Source: Cyanophora paradoxa CCMP329
Lineage: Eukaryota; Plantae; Glaucophyta
Assembly: GCA_004431415.1 (NCBI GenBank)
Contig: QPMI01000380.1
Coordinates: 1-34,410 of the forward strand
Length of the DNA stretch: 34,410 nt
Reading direction: 5' to 3'
Under the pieces are notes generated by a model. The model was not told where the DNA came from. It saw nothing but the letters and a program-made list of their open reading frames with translations, and searched no databases. Numbering within the stretch: position 1 is the first letter of the stretch; every line of letters begins with the position of its first letter. Of this stretch, positions 10,301-25,300 are shown one piece after another. A program made the translations under genes and the position numbers.

Positions 10301-13300
10301 TGGGCCCCTATTCACCAGCATGTCATTTGTGCCAGATCGCAGAGCAGCACAGCCTCGGAACAGTCTTAAACCGACTTCGTAATCAAATCTAGCTCCCTCG
10401 AGAACCCCCAACAGCATACTGAGGGGTGGTTGAAATATGGGCCCCGGGTTTCAATATGGCTGACAGTGAGGATCTGAGCATGCAGTGTTCATGATGATCA
10501 TGATTTGATCATGAGGCTTTGCAACGACCCCGACCTTATAACTGACTGGAGAGGTGTACCTGGGGTATTTCAAGGGATCTAGATTTGAAAATGATAGTGG
10601 CAAGCGCTGAAAGCGTGCTTGTACCTCGCCGGGCAATAGTGGGCCCCTATTCACCAGCATGTCAGTTGTGCCAGATCGCACAGCAGCACAGCCTCGGAAC
10701 AGTCTCAAACCGACTTCATAATCACATCTAGCTCCCTCGAGAACCCCCAACAGCATACTGAGGGGTGGTTGAAATATGGGCCCCGGGTTTCAATATGGCT
10801 GACAGTGAGGATCTGAGCACCCATGCATGCAGTGTTCATGACATGATTTGATCATGAGGCTTTGCAAAGACCCCGACCTTATAACTGACTGGAGAGGTGT
10901 TTCTGGGGTATTTCAAGGGATCTAGATTTGAAAATGATAGTGGCAAGCGCTGAAAGCGTGCTTGTACCTCGCCGGGCAATAGTGGGCCCCTATTCACCAG
11001 CATGTCAGTTGTGCCAGATCGCACAGCAGCACAGCCTCGGAACAGTCTCAAACCGACTTCATAATCAAATCTAGCTCCCTCGAGAACCCCCAACAGCATA
11101 CTGAGGGGTGGTTGAAATATGGGCCCCGGGTTTCAATATGGCTGACAGTGAGGATCTGAGCACCCATGCATGCAGTGTTCAATGATCATGATTTGATCAT
11201 GAGGCTTTGCAAAGACCCCGACCTTATAACTGACTGGAGAGGTGTACCTGGGGTATTTCAAGGGATCTAGATTTGATTTTGATAGTGGCAAGCGCTGAAA
11301 GCGTGCTTGTACCTCGCCGGGCAATAGTGGGCCCCTATTCACCAGCATGTCATTTGTGCCAGATCGCAGAGCAGCACAGCCTCGGAACAGTCTCAAACCG
11401 ACTTCGTAATCAAATCTAGCTCCCTCGAGAACCCCCAACAGCATACTGAGGGGTGGTTGAAATATGGGCCCCGGGTTTCAATATGGCTGACAGTGAGGAT
11501 CTGAGCATGAAGTGTTCATGATGATCATGATTTGATCATGAGGCTTTGCAACGACCCCGACCTTATGACTGACTGGAGAGGTGTACCTGGGGTATTTCAA
11601 GGGATCTAGATTTGATTTTGATAGTGGCAAGCGCTGAAAACGTGCTTGTACCTCGCCGAACAATAGTGGGCCCCTATTCACCAGCATGTCATTTGTGCCA
11701 GATCGCACAGCAGCACAGCCTCGGAACAGTCTCAAACCGACTTCATAATCAAATCTAGCTCCCTCGAGAACCCCCAACAGCATACTGAGGGGTGGTTGAA
11801 ATATGGGCCCCGGGTTTCAATATGGCTGACAGTGAGGATCTGAGCACCCATGCATGCAGTGTTCATGATGATCATGATTTGATCATGAGGCTTTGCAAAG
11901 ACCCCGACCTTATAACTGACTGGAGAGGTGTACCTGGGGTATTTCAAGGGATCTAGATTTGATTTTGATAGTGGCAAGCGCTGAAAACGTGCTTGTACCT
12001 CGCCGGGCAATAGTGGGCCCCTATTCACCAGCATGTCATTTGTGCCAGATCGCACGGCAGCACAGCCTCGGAACAGTCTTAAACCGACTTCATAAGCAAA
12101 TCTAGCTCCCTCGAGAACCCCCAACAGCATACTGAGGGGTCGTTGAAATATGGGCCCCGGGTTTCAATATGGCTGACAGTGAGGATCTGAGCACCCATGC
12201 ATGCAGTGTTCATGATGATCATGATTTGATCATGAGGCTTTGCAAAGACCCCGACCTTATAACTGACTGGAGAGGTGTACCTGGGGTATTTCAAGGGATC
12301 TAGATTTGATTTTGATAGTGGCAAGCGCTGAAAACGTGCTTGTACCTCGCCGGGCAATAGTGGGCCCCTATTCACCAGCATGTCATTTGTGCCAGATCGC
12401 ACAGCAGCACAGCCTTCGAACAGTCTCAAACCGACTTCATAATCAAATCTAGCTCCCTCGAGAACCCCCAACAGCATACTGAGGGGTGGTTGAAATATGG
12501 GCCCCGGGTTTCAATATGGCTGACAGTGAGGATCTGAGCACCCATGCATTCAGTGTTCATGATGATCATGATTTGATCATGAGGCTTTGCAAAGACCCCG
12601 ACCTTATAACTGACTGGAGAGGTGTACCTGGGGTATTTCAAGGGATCTAGATTTGATTTTGATAGTGGCAAGCGCTGAAAGCGTGCTTGTACCTCGCCGG
12701 GCAATAGTGGGCCCCTATTCACCAGCATGTCATTTGTGCCAGATCGCACAGCAGCACAGCCTCGGAACAGTCTCAAACCGACTTCATAATCAAATCTAGC
12801 TCCCTCGAGAACCCCCAACAGCATACTGAGGGGTGGTTGAAATATGGGCCCGGGTTTCAATATGGCTGACAGTGAGGATCTGAGCACCCATGCATGCAGT
12901 GTTCATGATGATCATGATTTGATCATGAGGCTTTGCAAAGACCCCGACCTTATAACTGACTGGAGAGGTGTACCTGGGGTATTTCAAGGGATCTAGATTT
13001 GATTTTGATAGTGGCAAGCGCTGAAACGTGCTTGTACCTCGCCGGGCAATAGTGGGCCCCTATTCACCAGCATGTCATTTGTGCCAGATCGCACAGCAGC
13101 ACAGCCTCGGAACAGTCTTAAACCGACTTCATAAGCAAATCTAGCTCCCTCGAGAACCCCCAACAGCATACTGAGGGGTGGTTGAAATATGGGCCCCGGG
13201 TTTCAATATGGCTGACAGTGAGGATCTGAGCACCCATGCATGCAGTGTTCATGATGATCATGATTTGATCATGAGGCTTTGCAAAGACCCCGACCTTATA

Positions 13301-16300
13301 ACTGACTGGAGAGGTGTACCTGGGGTATTTCAAGGGATCTAGATTTGATTTTGATAGTGGCAAGCGCTGAAAGCGTGCTTGTACCTCGCCGGGCAATAGT
13401 GGGCCCCTATTCACCAGCATGTCATTTGTGCCAGATCGCACAGCAGCACAGCCTTCGAACAGTCTCAAACCGACTTCATAATCAAATCTAGCTCCCTCGA
13501 GAACCCCCAACAGCATACTGAGGGGTGGTTGAAATATGGGCCCCGGGTTTCAATATGGCTGACAGTGAGGATCTGAGCACCCATGCATTCAGTGTTCATG
13601 ATGATCATGATTTGATCATGAGGCTTTGCAAAGACCCCGACCTTATAACTGACTGGAGAGGTGTACCTGGGGTATTTCAAGGGATCTAGATTTGATTTTG
13701 ATAGTGGCAAGCGCTGAAAGCGCGCTTGTACCTCGCCGGGCAGTAGTGGGCCCCTATACACCAGCATGTCATTTGTGCCAGATTGCAGAGCAGCACAGCC
13801 TCGGAACAGTCTCAAACCGACTTCATAATCAAATCTAGCTCCCTCGAGAACCCCCAACAGCATACTGAGGGGTGGTTGAAATATGGGCCCCGGGTTTCAA
13901 TATGGCTGACAGTGAGGATCTGAGCACCCATGCATGCAGTGTTCATGATGATCATGATTTGATCATGAGGCTTTGCAAAGACCCCGACCTTATAACTGAC
14001 TGGAGAGGTGTACCTGGGGTATTTCAAGGGATCTAGATTTGATTTTGATAGTGGCAAGCGCTGAAAGCGTGCTTGTACCTCGCCGGGCAATAGTGGGCCC
14101 CTATTCACCAGCATGTCATTTGTGCCAGATCGCACAGCAGCACAGCCTCGGAACAGTCTCAAACCGACTTCATAATCAAATCTAGCTCCCTCGAGAACCC
14201 CCAACAGCATACTGAGGGGTGGTTGAAATATGGGCCCCGGGTTTCAATATGGCTGACAGTGAGGATCTGAGCATGAAGTGTTCATGATGATCATGATTTG
14301 ATCATGAGGCTTTGCAACGACCCCGACCTTATAACTGACTGGAGAGGTGTACCTGGGGTATTTCAAAGGATCTAGATTTGATTTTGATAGTGGCAAGCGC
14401 TGAAAACGTGCTTGTACCTCGCCGAACAATAGTGGGCCCCTATTCACCAGCATGTCATTTGTGCCAGATCGCACAGCAGCACAGCCTCGGAACAGTCTCA
14501 AACCGACTTCATAATCAAATCTAGCTCCCTCGAGAACCCCCAACAGCATACTGAGGGGTGGTTGAAATATGGGCCCCGGGTTTCAATATGGCTGACAGTG
14601 AGGATCTGAGCACCCATGCATGCAGTGTTCATGATGATCATGATTTGATCATGAGGCTTTGCAAAGACCCCGACCTTATAACTGACTGGAGAGGTGTACC
14701 TGGGGTATTTCAAGGGATCTAGATTTGATTTTGATAGTGGCAAGCGCTGAAAGCGTGCTTGTACCTCGCCGGGCAATAGTGGGCCCCTATTCACCAGCAT
14801 GTCATTTGTGCCAGATCGCACAGCAGCACAGCCTCGGAACAGTCTCAAACCGACTTCATAATCAAATCTAGCTCCCTCGAGAACCCCCAACAGCATACTG
14901 AGGGGTGGTTGAAATATGGGCCCCGGGTTCCAATATGGCTGACAGTGAGGATCTGAGCACCCATGCATGCAGTGTTCATGATGATCATGATTTGATCATG
15001 AGGCTTTGCAAAGACCCCGACCTTATAACTGACTGGAGAGGTGTACCTGGGGTATTTCAAGGGATCTAGATTTGATTTTGATAGTGGCAAGCGCTGAAAA
15101 CGTGCTTGTACCTCGCCGGGCAATAGTGGGCCCCTATTCACCAGCATGTCATTTGTGCCAGATCGCACAGCAGCACAGCCTCGGAACAGTCTTAAACCGA
15201 CTTCATAAGCAAATCTAGCTCCCTCGAGAACCCCCAACAGCATACTGAGGGGTGGTTGAAATATGGGCCCCGGGTTTCAATATGGCTGACAGTGAGGATC
15301 TGAGCACCCATGCATGCAGTGTTCATGATGATCATGATTTGATCATGAGGCTTTGCAAAGACCCGACCTTATAACTGACTGGAGAGGTGTACCTGGGGTA
15401 TTTCAAGGGATCTAGATTTGATTTTGATAGTGGCAAGCGCTGAAAGCGTGCTTGTACCTCGCCGGCAATAGTGGGCCCTATTCACCAGCATGTCATTTGT
15501 GCCAGATCGCACAGCAGCACAGCCTTCGAACAGTCTCAAACCGACTTCATAATCAAATCTAGCTCCCTCGAGAACCCCAACAGCATACTGAGGGGTGGTT
15601 GAAATATGGGCCCGGGTTTCAATATGGCTGACAGTGAGGATCTGAGCACCCATGCATTCAGTGTTCATGATGATCATGATTTGATCATGAGGCTTTGCAA
15701 AGACCCCGACCTTATAACTGACTGGAGAGGTGTACCTGGGTATTTCAAGGGATCTAGATTTGATTTTGATAGTGGCAAGCGCTGAAAGCGCGCTTGTACC
15801 TCGCCGGCAATAGTGGGCCCTATACACCAGCATGTCATTTGTGCCAGATTGCAGAGCAGCACAGCTCGGAACAGTCTCAAACCGACTTCATAATCAAATC
15901 TAGCTCCCTCGAGAACCCCAACAGCATACTGAGGGTGGTTGAAATATGGGCCCGGGTTTCAATATGGCTGACAGTGAGGATCTGAGCACCCATGCATGCA
16001 GTGTTCATGATGATCATGATTTGATCATGAGGCTTTGCAAAGACCCGACCTTATAACTGACTGGAGAGGTGTACCTGGGGTATTTCAAGGGATCTAGATT
16101 TGATTTTGATAGTGGCAAGCGCTGAAAGCGTGCTTGTACCTCGCCGGGCAATAGTGGGCCCCTATTCACCAGCATGTCAGTTGTGCCAGATCGCACAGCA
16201 GCACAGCCTCGGAACAGTCTCAAACCGACTTCATAATCAAATCTAGCTCCCTCGAGAACCCCCAACAGCATACTGAGGGGTGGTTGAAATATGGGCCCCG

Positions 16301-19300
16301 GGTTTCAATATGGCTGACAGTGAGGATCTGAGCATGAAGTGTTCATGATGATCATGATTTGATCATGAGGCTTTGCAACGACCCCGACCTTATAACTGAC
16401 TGGAGAGGTGTACCTGGGGTATTTCAAAGGATCTAGATTTGATTTTGATAGTGGCAAGCGCTGAAAACGTGCTTGTACCTCGCCGAACAATAGTGGGCCC
16501 CTATTCACCAGCATGTCATTTGTGCCAGATCGCACAGCAGCACAGCCTCGGAACAGTCTCAAACCGACTTCATAATCAAATCTAGCTCCCTCGAGAACCC
16601 CCAACAGCATACTGAGGGGTGGTTGAAATATGGGCCCCGGGTTTCAATATGGCTGACAGTGAGGATCTGAGCACCCATGCATGCAGTGTTCATGATGATC
16701 ATGATTTGATCATGAGGCTTTGCAAAGACCCCGACCTTATAACTGACTGGAGAGGTGTACCTGGGGTATTTCAAGGGATCTAGATTTGATTTTGATAGTG
16801 GCAAGCGCTGAAAGCGTGCTTGTACCTCGCCGGGCAATAGTGGGCCCCTATTCACCAGCATGTCATTTGTGCCAGATCGCACGGCAGCACAGCCTCGGAA
16901 CAGTCTCAAACCGACTTCATAAGCAAATCTAGCTCCCTCGAGAACCCCCAACAGCATACTGAGGGGTCGTTGAAATATGGGCCCCGGGTTTCAATATGGC
17001 TGACAGTGAGGATCTGAGCACCCATGCATGCAGTGTTCATGATGATCATGATTTGATCATGAGGCTTTGCAAAGACCCCGACCTTATAACTGACTGGAGA
17101 GGTGTACCTGGGGTATTTCAAGGGATCTAGATTTGATTTTGATAGTGGCAAGCGCTGAAAGCGTGCTTGTACCTCGCCGGGCAATAGTGGGCCCCTATTC
17201 ACCAGCATGTCATTTGTGCCAGATCGCACAGCAGCACAGCCTCGGAACAGTCTCAAACCGACTTCATAATCAAATCTAGCTCCCTCGAGAACCCCAACAG
17301 CATACTGAGGGGTGGTTGAAATATGGGCCCCGGGTTTCAATATGGCTGACAGTGAGGATCTGAGCACCCATGCATCAGTGTTCATGATGATCATGATTTG
17401 ATCATGAGGCTTTGCAAAGACCCCGACCTTATAACTGACTGGAGAGGTGTACCTGGGTATTTCAAGGGATCTAGATTTGATTTTGATAGTGGCAAGCGCT
17501 GAAAGCGTGCTTGTACCTCGCCGGGCAATAGTGGGCCCCTATCACCAGCATGTCATTTGTGCCAGATCGCAGAGCAGCACAGCCTCGAACAGTCTCAAAC
17601 CGACTTCATAATCAAATCTAGCTCCCTCGAGAACCCCAACAGCATACTGAGGGTGGTTGAAATATGGGCCCGGGTTTCAATATGGCTGACAGTGAGGATC
17701 TGAGCACCCATGCATGCAGTGTTCATGATGATCATGATTTGATCATGAGGCTTTGCAAAGACCCCGACCTTATAACTGACTGGAGAGGTGTACCTGGGGT
17801 ATTTCAAGGGATCTAGATTTGATTTTGATAGTGGCAAGCGCTGAAAGCGTGCTTGTACCTCGCCGGGCAATAGTGGGCCCCTATTCACCAGCATGTCATT
17901 TGTGCCAGATCGCACAGCAGCACAGCCTCGGAACAGTCTCAAACCGACTTCATAATCAAATCTAGCTCCCTCGAGAACCCCCAACAGCATACTGAGGGGT
18001 GGTTGAAATATGGGCCCCGGGTTTCAATATGGCTGACAGTGAGGATCTGAGCACCCATGCATGCAGTGTTCATGATGATCATGATTTGATCATGAGGCTT
18101 TGCAAAGACCCCGACCTTATAACTGACTGGAGAGGTGTACCTGGGGTATTTCAAGGGATCTAGATTTGATTTTGATAGTGGCAAGCGCTGAAAGCGTGCT
18201 TGTACCTCGCCGGGCAATAGTGGGCCCCTATTCACCAGCATGTCATTTGTGCCAGATCGCACAGCAGCACAGCCTCGGAACAGTCTCAAACCGACTTCTA
18301 ATCAAATCTAGCTCCCTCGAGAACCCCAAAGCATACTGAGGGGTGGTTGAAATATGGGCCCGGGTTTCAATATGGCTGACAGTGAGGATCTGAGCATGAA
18401 GTGTTCATGATGATCATGATTTGATCATGAGGCTTTGCAAGACCCCGACCTTATAACTGACTGGAGAGGTGTACCTGGGGTATTTCAAGGGATCTAGATT
18501 TGATTTTGATAGTGGCAAGCGCTGAAACGTGCTTGTACCTCGCCGGGCAATAGTGGGCCCCTATTCACCAGCATGTCATTTGTGCCAGATCGCACAGCAG
18601 CACAGCCTCGGAACAGTCTCAAACCGACTTCATAATCAAATCTAGCTCCCTCGAGAACCCCCAACAGCATACTGAGGGGTGGTTGAAATATGGGCCCCGG
18701 GTTTCAATATGGCTGACAGTGAGGATCTGAGCACCCATGCATGCAGTGTTCATGATGATCATGATTTGATCATGAGGCTTTGCAAAGACCCCGACCTTAT
18801 AACTGACTGGAGAGGTGTACCTGGGGTATTTCAAGGGATCTAGATTTGATTTGATAGTGGCAAGCGCTGAAAGCGTGCTTGTACCTCGCCGGGCAATAGT
18901 GGGCCCCTATTCACCAGCATGTCATTTGTGCCAGATCGCACAGCAGCACAGCCTCGGAACAGTCTCAAACCGACTTCATAATCAAATCTAGCTCCCTCGA
19001 GAACCCCAACAGCATACTGAGGGTGTTGAAATATGGGCCCGGGTTTCAATATGGCTGACAGTGAGGATCTGAGCACCCATGCATGCAGTGTTCATGATGA
19101 TCATGATTTGATCATGAGGCTTTGCAAAGACCCCGACCTTATAACTGACTGGAGAGGTGTACCTGGGTATTTCAAGGGATCTAGATTTGATTTTGATAGT
19201 GGCAAGCGCTGAAAGCGTGCTTGTACCTCGCCGGGCAATAGTGGGCCCCTATTCACCAGCATGTCATTTGTGCCAGATCGCACAGCAGCACAGCCTCGGA

Positions 19301-22300
19301 ACAGTCTCAAACCGACTTCATAATCAAATCTAGCTCCCTCGAGAACCCCCAACAGCATACTGAGGGGTGGTTGAAATATGGGCCCCGGGTTTCAATATGG
19401 CTGACAGTGAGGATCTGAGCACCCATGCATGCAGTGTTCATGATGATCATGATTTGATCATGAGGCTTTGCAAAGACCCCGACCTTATAACTGACTGGAG
19501 AGGTGTACCTGGGGTATTTCAAGGGATCTAGATTTGATTTTGATAGTGGCAAGCGCTGAAAGCGTGCTTGTACCTCGCCGGGCAATAGTGGGCCCCTATA
19601 CACCAGCATGTCATTTGTGCCAGATCGCAGAGCAGCACAGCCTCGGAACAGTCTCAAACCGACTTCATAATCAAATCTAGCTCCCTCGAGAACCCCCAAC
19701 AGCATACTGAGGGGTGGTTGAAATATGGGCCCCGGGTTTCAATATGGCTGACAGTGAGGATCTGAGCACCCATGCATGCAGTGTTCATGATGATCATGAT
19801 TTGATCATGAGGCTTTGCAAAGACCCCGACCTTATAACTGACTGGAGAGGTGTACCTGGGGTATTTCAAGGGATCTAGATTTGATTTTGATAGTGGCAAG
19901 CGCTGAAAGCGTGCTTGTACCTCGCCGGGCAATAGTGGGCCCCTATTCACCAGCATGTCATTTGTGCCAGATCGCACAGCAGCACAGCCTCGGAACAGTC
20001 TCAAACCGACTTCATAATCAAATCTAGCTCCCTCGAGAACCCCAACAGCATACTGAGGGGTGGTTGAAATATGGGCCCCGGGTTTCAATATGGCTGACAG
20101 TGAGGATCTGAGCACCCATGCATGCAGTGTTCATGATGATCATGATTTGATCATGAGGCTTTGCAAAGACCCCGACCTTATAACTGACTGGAGAGGTGTA
20201 CCTGGGGTATTTCAAAGGATCTAGATTTGATTTTGATAGTGGCAAGCGCTGAAAGCGTGCTTGTACCTCGCCGGGCAATAGTGGGCCCCTATTCACCAGC
20301 ATGTCATTTGTGCCAGATCGCACAGCAGCACAGCCTCGGAACAGTCTCAAACCGACTTCGTAATCAAATCTAGCTCCCTCGAGAACCCCCAATAGCATAC
20401 TGAGGGGTGGTTGAAATATGGGCCCCGGGTTTCAATATGGCTGACAGTGAGGATCTGAGCACCCATGCATGCAGTGTTCATGATGATCATGATTTGATCA
20501 TGAGGCTTTGCAAAGACCCCGACCTTATAACTGACTGGAGAGGTGTACCTGGGGTATTTCAAGGGATCTAGATTTGATTTTGATAGTGGCAAGCGCTGAA
20601 AGCGTGCTTGTACCTCGCCGGGCAATAGTGGGCCCCTATTCACCAGCATGTCATTTGTGCCAGATCGCACAGCAGCACAGCCTCGGAACAGTCTTAAACC
20701 GACTTCATAAGCAAATCTAGCTCCCTCGAGAACCCCCAACAGCATACTGAGGGGTGGTTGAAATATGGGCCCCGGGTTTCAATATGGCTGACAGTGAGGA
20801 TCTGAGCACCCATGCATGCAGTGTTCATGATGATCATGATTTGATCATGAGGCTTTGCAAAGACCCCGACCTTATAACTGACTGGAGAGGTGTACCTGGG
20901 GTATTTCAAGGGATCTAGATTTGATTTCGATAGTGGCAAGCGCTGAAAGCGTGCTTGTACCTCGCCGGGCAATAGTGGGCCCCTATTCACCAGCATGTCA
21001 TTTGTGCCAGATCGCACAGCAGCACAGCCTCGGAACAGTCTCAAACCGACTTCGTAATCAAATGTAGCTCCCTCGAGAACCCCCAACAGCACACTGAGGG
21101 GTGGTTGAAATATGGGCCCCGGGTTTCAATATGGCTGACAGTGAGGATCTGAGCACCCATGCATGCAGTGTTCATGATGATCATGATTTGATCATGAGGC
21201 TTTGCAAAGACCCCGACCTTATAACTGACTGGAGAGGTGTACCTGGGGTATTTCAAGGGATCTAGATTTGATTTTGATAGTGGCAAGCGCTGAAAGCGTG
21301 CTTGTACCTCGCCGGGCAATAGTGGGCCCCTATTCACCAGCATGTCATTTGTGCCAGATCGCACGGCAGCACAGCCTCGGAACAGTCTCAAACCGACTTC
21401 ATAATCAAATGTAGCTCCCTCGAGAACCCCCAACAGCACACTGAGGGGTGGTTGAAATATGGGCCCCGGGTTCCAATATGGCTGACAGTGAGGATCTGAG
21501 CACCCATGCATGCAGTGTTCATGATGATCATGATTTGATCATGAGGCTTTGCAAAGACCCCGACCTTATAACTGACTGGAGAGGTGTACCTGGGGTATTT
21601 CAAGGGATCTAGATTTGATTTTGATAGTGGCAAGCGCTGAAAACGTGCTTGTACCTCGCCGGGCAATAGTGGGCCCCTATTCACCAGCATGTCATTTGTG
21701 CCAGATCGCACAGCAGCACAGCCTCGGAACAGTCTCAAACCGACTTCATAATCAAATCTAGCTCCCTCGAGAACCCCCAACAGCATACTGAGGGGTGGTT
21801 GAAATATGGGCCCCGGGTTCCAATATGGCTGACAGTGAGGATCTGAGCACCCATGCATGCAGTGTTCATGATGATCATGATTTGATCATGAGGCTTTGCA
21901 AAGACCCCGACCTTATAACTGACTGGAGAGGTGTACCTGGGGTATTTCAAGGGATCTAGATTTGATTTTGATAGTGGCAAGCGCTGAAAGCGTGCTTGTA
22001 CCTCGCCGGGCAATAGTGGGCCCCTATTCACCAGCATGTCATTTGTGCCAGATCGCACAGCAGCACAGCCTCGGAACAGTCTCAAACCGACTTCGTAATC
22101 AAATCTAGCTCCCTCGAGAACCCCCAATAGCATACTGAGGGGTGGTTGAAATATGGGCCCCGGGTTTCAATATGGCTGACAGTGAGGATCTGAGCACCCA
22201 TGCATGCAGTGTTCATGATGATCATGATTTGATCATGAGGCTTTGCAAAGACCCCGACCTTATAACTGACTGGAGAGGTGTACCTGGGGTATTTCAAGGG

Positions 22301-25300
22301 ATCTAGATTTGATTTTGATAGTGGCAAGCGCTGAAAGCGTGCTTGTACCTCGCCGGGCAATAGTGGGCCCCTATACACCAGCATGTCATTTGTGCCAGAT
22401 CGCACAGCAGCACAGCCTCGGAACAGTCTCAAACCGACTTCGTAATCAAATCTAGCTCCCTCGAGAACCCCCAATAGCATACTGAGGGGTGGTTGAAATA
22501 TGGGCCCCGGGTTTCAATATGGCTGACAGTGAGGATCTGAGCACCCATGCATGCAGTGTTCATGATGATCATGATTTGATCATGAGGCTTGCAAGACCCG
22601 ACCTTATAACTGACTGGAGAGGTGTACCTGGGTATTTCAAGGATCTAGATTTGATTTGATAGTGGCAAGCGCTGAAAGCGTGCTTGTACTCGCGGGCAAT
22701 AGTGGGCCCTATTCACCAGCATGTCATTGTGCCAGATCGCACAGCAGCACAGCTCGGAACAGTCTCAAACCGACTTCATAATCAAATCTAGCTCCTCGGA
22801 ACCCCAACAGCTACTGAGGGGTTGAATATGGCCCGGGTTTCATATGGTGACAGTGAGGATCTGAGCACCATGCATGCAGTGTTCATATGATCATGATTTG
22901 ATCATGAGCTTTGCAAAGACCCCGACCTTATAACTGACTGGAGAGGTGTACCTGGGGTATTTCAAGGGATCTAGATTTGATTTTGATAGTGGCAAGCGCT
23001 GAAAGCGTGCTTGTACCTCGCCGGGCAATAGTGGGCCCTATCACCAGCATGTCATTTGTGCCAGATCGCACAGCAGCACAGCCTCGAACAGTCTCAAACC
23101 GACTTCATAATCAAATCTAGCTCCTCGAGAACCCCAACAGCATACTGAGGGTGGTTGAAATATGGCCCGGGTTTCAATATGGCTGACAGTGAGGATCTGA
23201 GCACCCATGCATGCAGTGTTCATGATGATCATGATTTGATCATGAGGCTTTGCAAAGACCCCGACCTTATAACTGACTGGAGAGGTGTACTGGGTATTCA
23301 AGGGATCTAGATTGATTTGATAGTGGCAAGCGCTGAAAGCGTGCTTGTACCTCGCCGGGCAATAGTGGGCCCCTATTCACCAGCATGTCATTTGTGCCAG
23401 ATCGCACAGCAGCACAGCCTCGGAACAGTCTCAAACCGACTTCATAATCAAATCTAGCTCCCTCGAGAACCCCAACAGCATACTGAGGGTGTTGAAATAT
23501 GGGCCCCGGTTTCAATATGGCTGACAGTGAGGATCTGAGCACCCATGCATGCAGTGTTCATGATGATCATGATTTGATCATGAGGCTTTGCAAAGACCCG
23601 ACCTATAACTGACTGGAGAGGTGTACCTGGGTATTTCAAGGGATCTAGATTTGATTTTGATAGTGGCAAGCGCTGAAACGTGCTTGTACCTCGCCGGGCA
23701 ATAGTGGGCCCTATTCACCAGCATGTCATTTGTCCAGATCGCACAGCAGCACAGCTCGAACAGTCTCAAACCGACTTCATATCAAATCTGCTCCTCGAGA
23801 ACCAAGATACTGGTGTTGAATATGGCGGTTCATTGGTGACAGTGAGATCTGAGACCATTGCAGTGTTCATGATCATTGACATGGCTTTGCAAAGACCTTA
23901 AATGACTGGAGAGGTGTACTGGGTATTCAGGCTAGATTTGATTATAGTGAGCGTGCTTGTACCGCGGCAATAGTGGCCCTATTCACATGTCATTTGTGCA
24001 GATCGCACAGCAGCACAGCTCGGAACAGTCTCAACGACTTCGTAATCAATCTACTCCCTGAGAACCCCAAGCATACTGAGGGTGGTTGAAATATGGCCCG
24101 GGTTTCATATGGCTGACAGTGAGGATCTGAGCACCCATGCATGCAGTGTTATGATTCATGATTTGATCATGAGGCTTTGCAAAGACCCGACTTATAACTG
24201 ACTGGAGAGTGTACTGGGTATTCAGGATCTAGATTTGATTTTGATAGTGCAAGCGCTGAAAGCGTGCTTGTACCTCGCGGGCAATAGTGGCCCTATACAC
24301 AGCATGTATTGTGCCAGATCGCAAGCGCACAGCTCGAACAGTCTCAACCGACTTCGTATAATCTAGCTCCTCGAGAACCCCAATAGCACTGAGGGGTGAA
24401 ATATGGCCCGGGTTCAATGGTACAGTAGGATCGACACCCACATCAGTGTTCATGATGATATGATTTGATCATGAGCTTTGCAAGACCCGACTAAAGACGG
24501 AGGTGTACCGGGTATCAAGGACTAGATGATTGATAGTGGCAACGCTGAACTGTGACTCGATGCATACCAGCATTTGCCAATGCAGCAGCAGCTCGGAACA
24601 GTCTCAACCGACTCATAATCAAATCTAGCTCCTCGAGACCCCAACAGATACGGGTGTTGAATATGGCCCGGTTTCAATATGGCTGACAGTGAGGATCTGA
24701 GCACCATGCATGCAGTGTCATGATGATCATGATTTGATCATGAGGCTTGCAAGACCCGACTTATAACTGACTGGAAGGTGTACTGGGTATTCAAGGATCT
24801 AGATTTTTGAAGTGCAAGCGCTGAAGCGTGCTTGTACTCGCGGCATAGTGGGCCCTATTCACCAGCATGTCATTTGTGCCAGATCGCACAGCAGCACAGC
24901 TCGGAACAGTCTCAAACGACTTCATAATCAATCTAGCTCCTCGAGAACCCCAACAGCATACTGAGGGTGGTTGAAATATGGCCCGGGTTTCATATGGCTG
25001 ACAGTGAGGATCTGAGCACCATGCATGCAGTGTTCATGATGATCATGATTTGATCATGAGGCTTGCAAGACCCGACTTATAACTGACTGGAGAGGTGTAC
25101 CTGGGTATTTCAAAGATCTAGATTTGATTTGATAGTGGCAAGCGCTGAAGCGTGCTTGTACTCGCCGGCAATAGTGGGCCCTATTCACAGCATGTATTTG
25201 TGCCAGATCGCACAGCACAGACTCGGACAGTCTTAAACGACTTCAAATCAATCTAGCTCCTCGAGAACCCCAACAGCATACTGAGGGTGGTTGAAATATG

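Noticed and set aside
22560-25260. An older, degenerate part of the 347-bp array
   Set aside because: Changes are almost all scattered deletions and homopolymer shortening, flanked by clean units. This is more consistent with low-coverage long-read consensus error.
7287-25300. Dozens of 60-160 aa ORFs as a multigene family
   Set aside because: They are the same internal gene fragment running out of frame across each unit junction, with no separate promoters or spacers.
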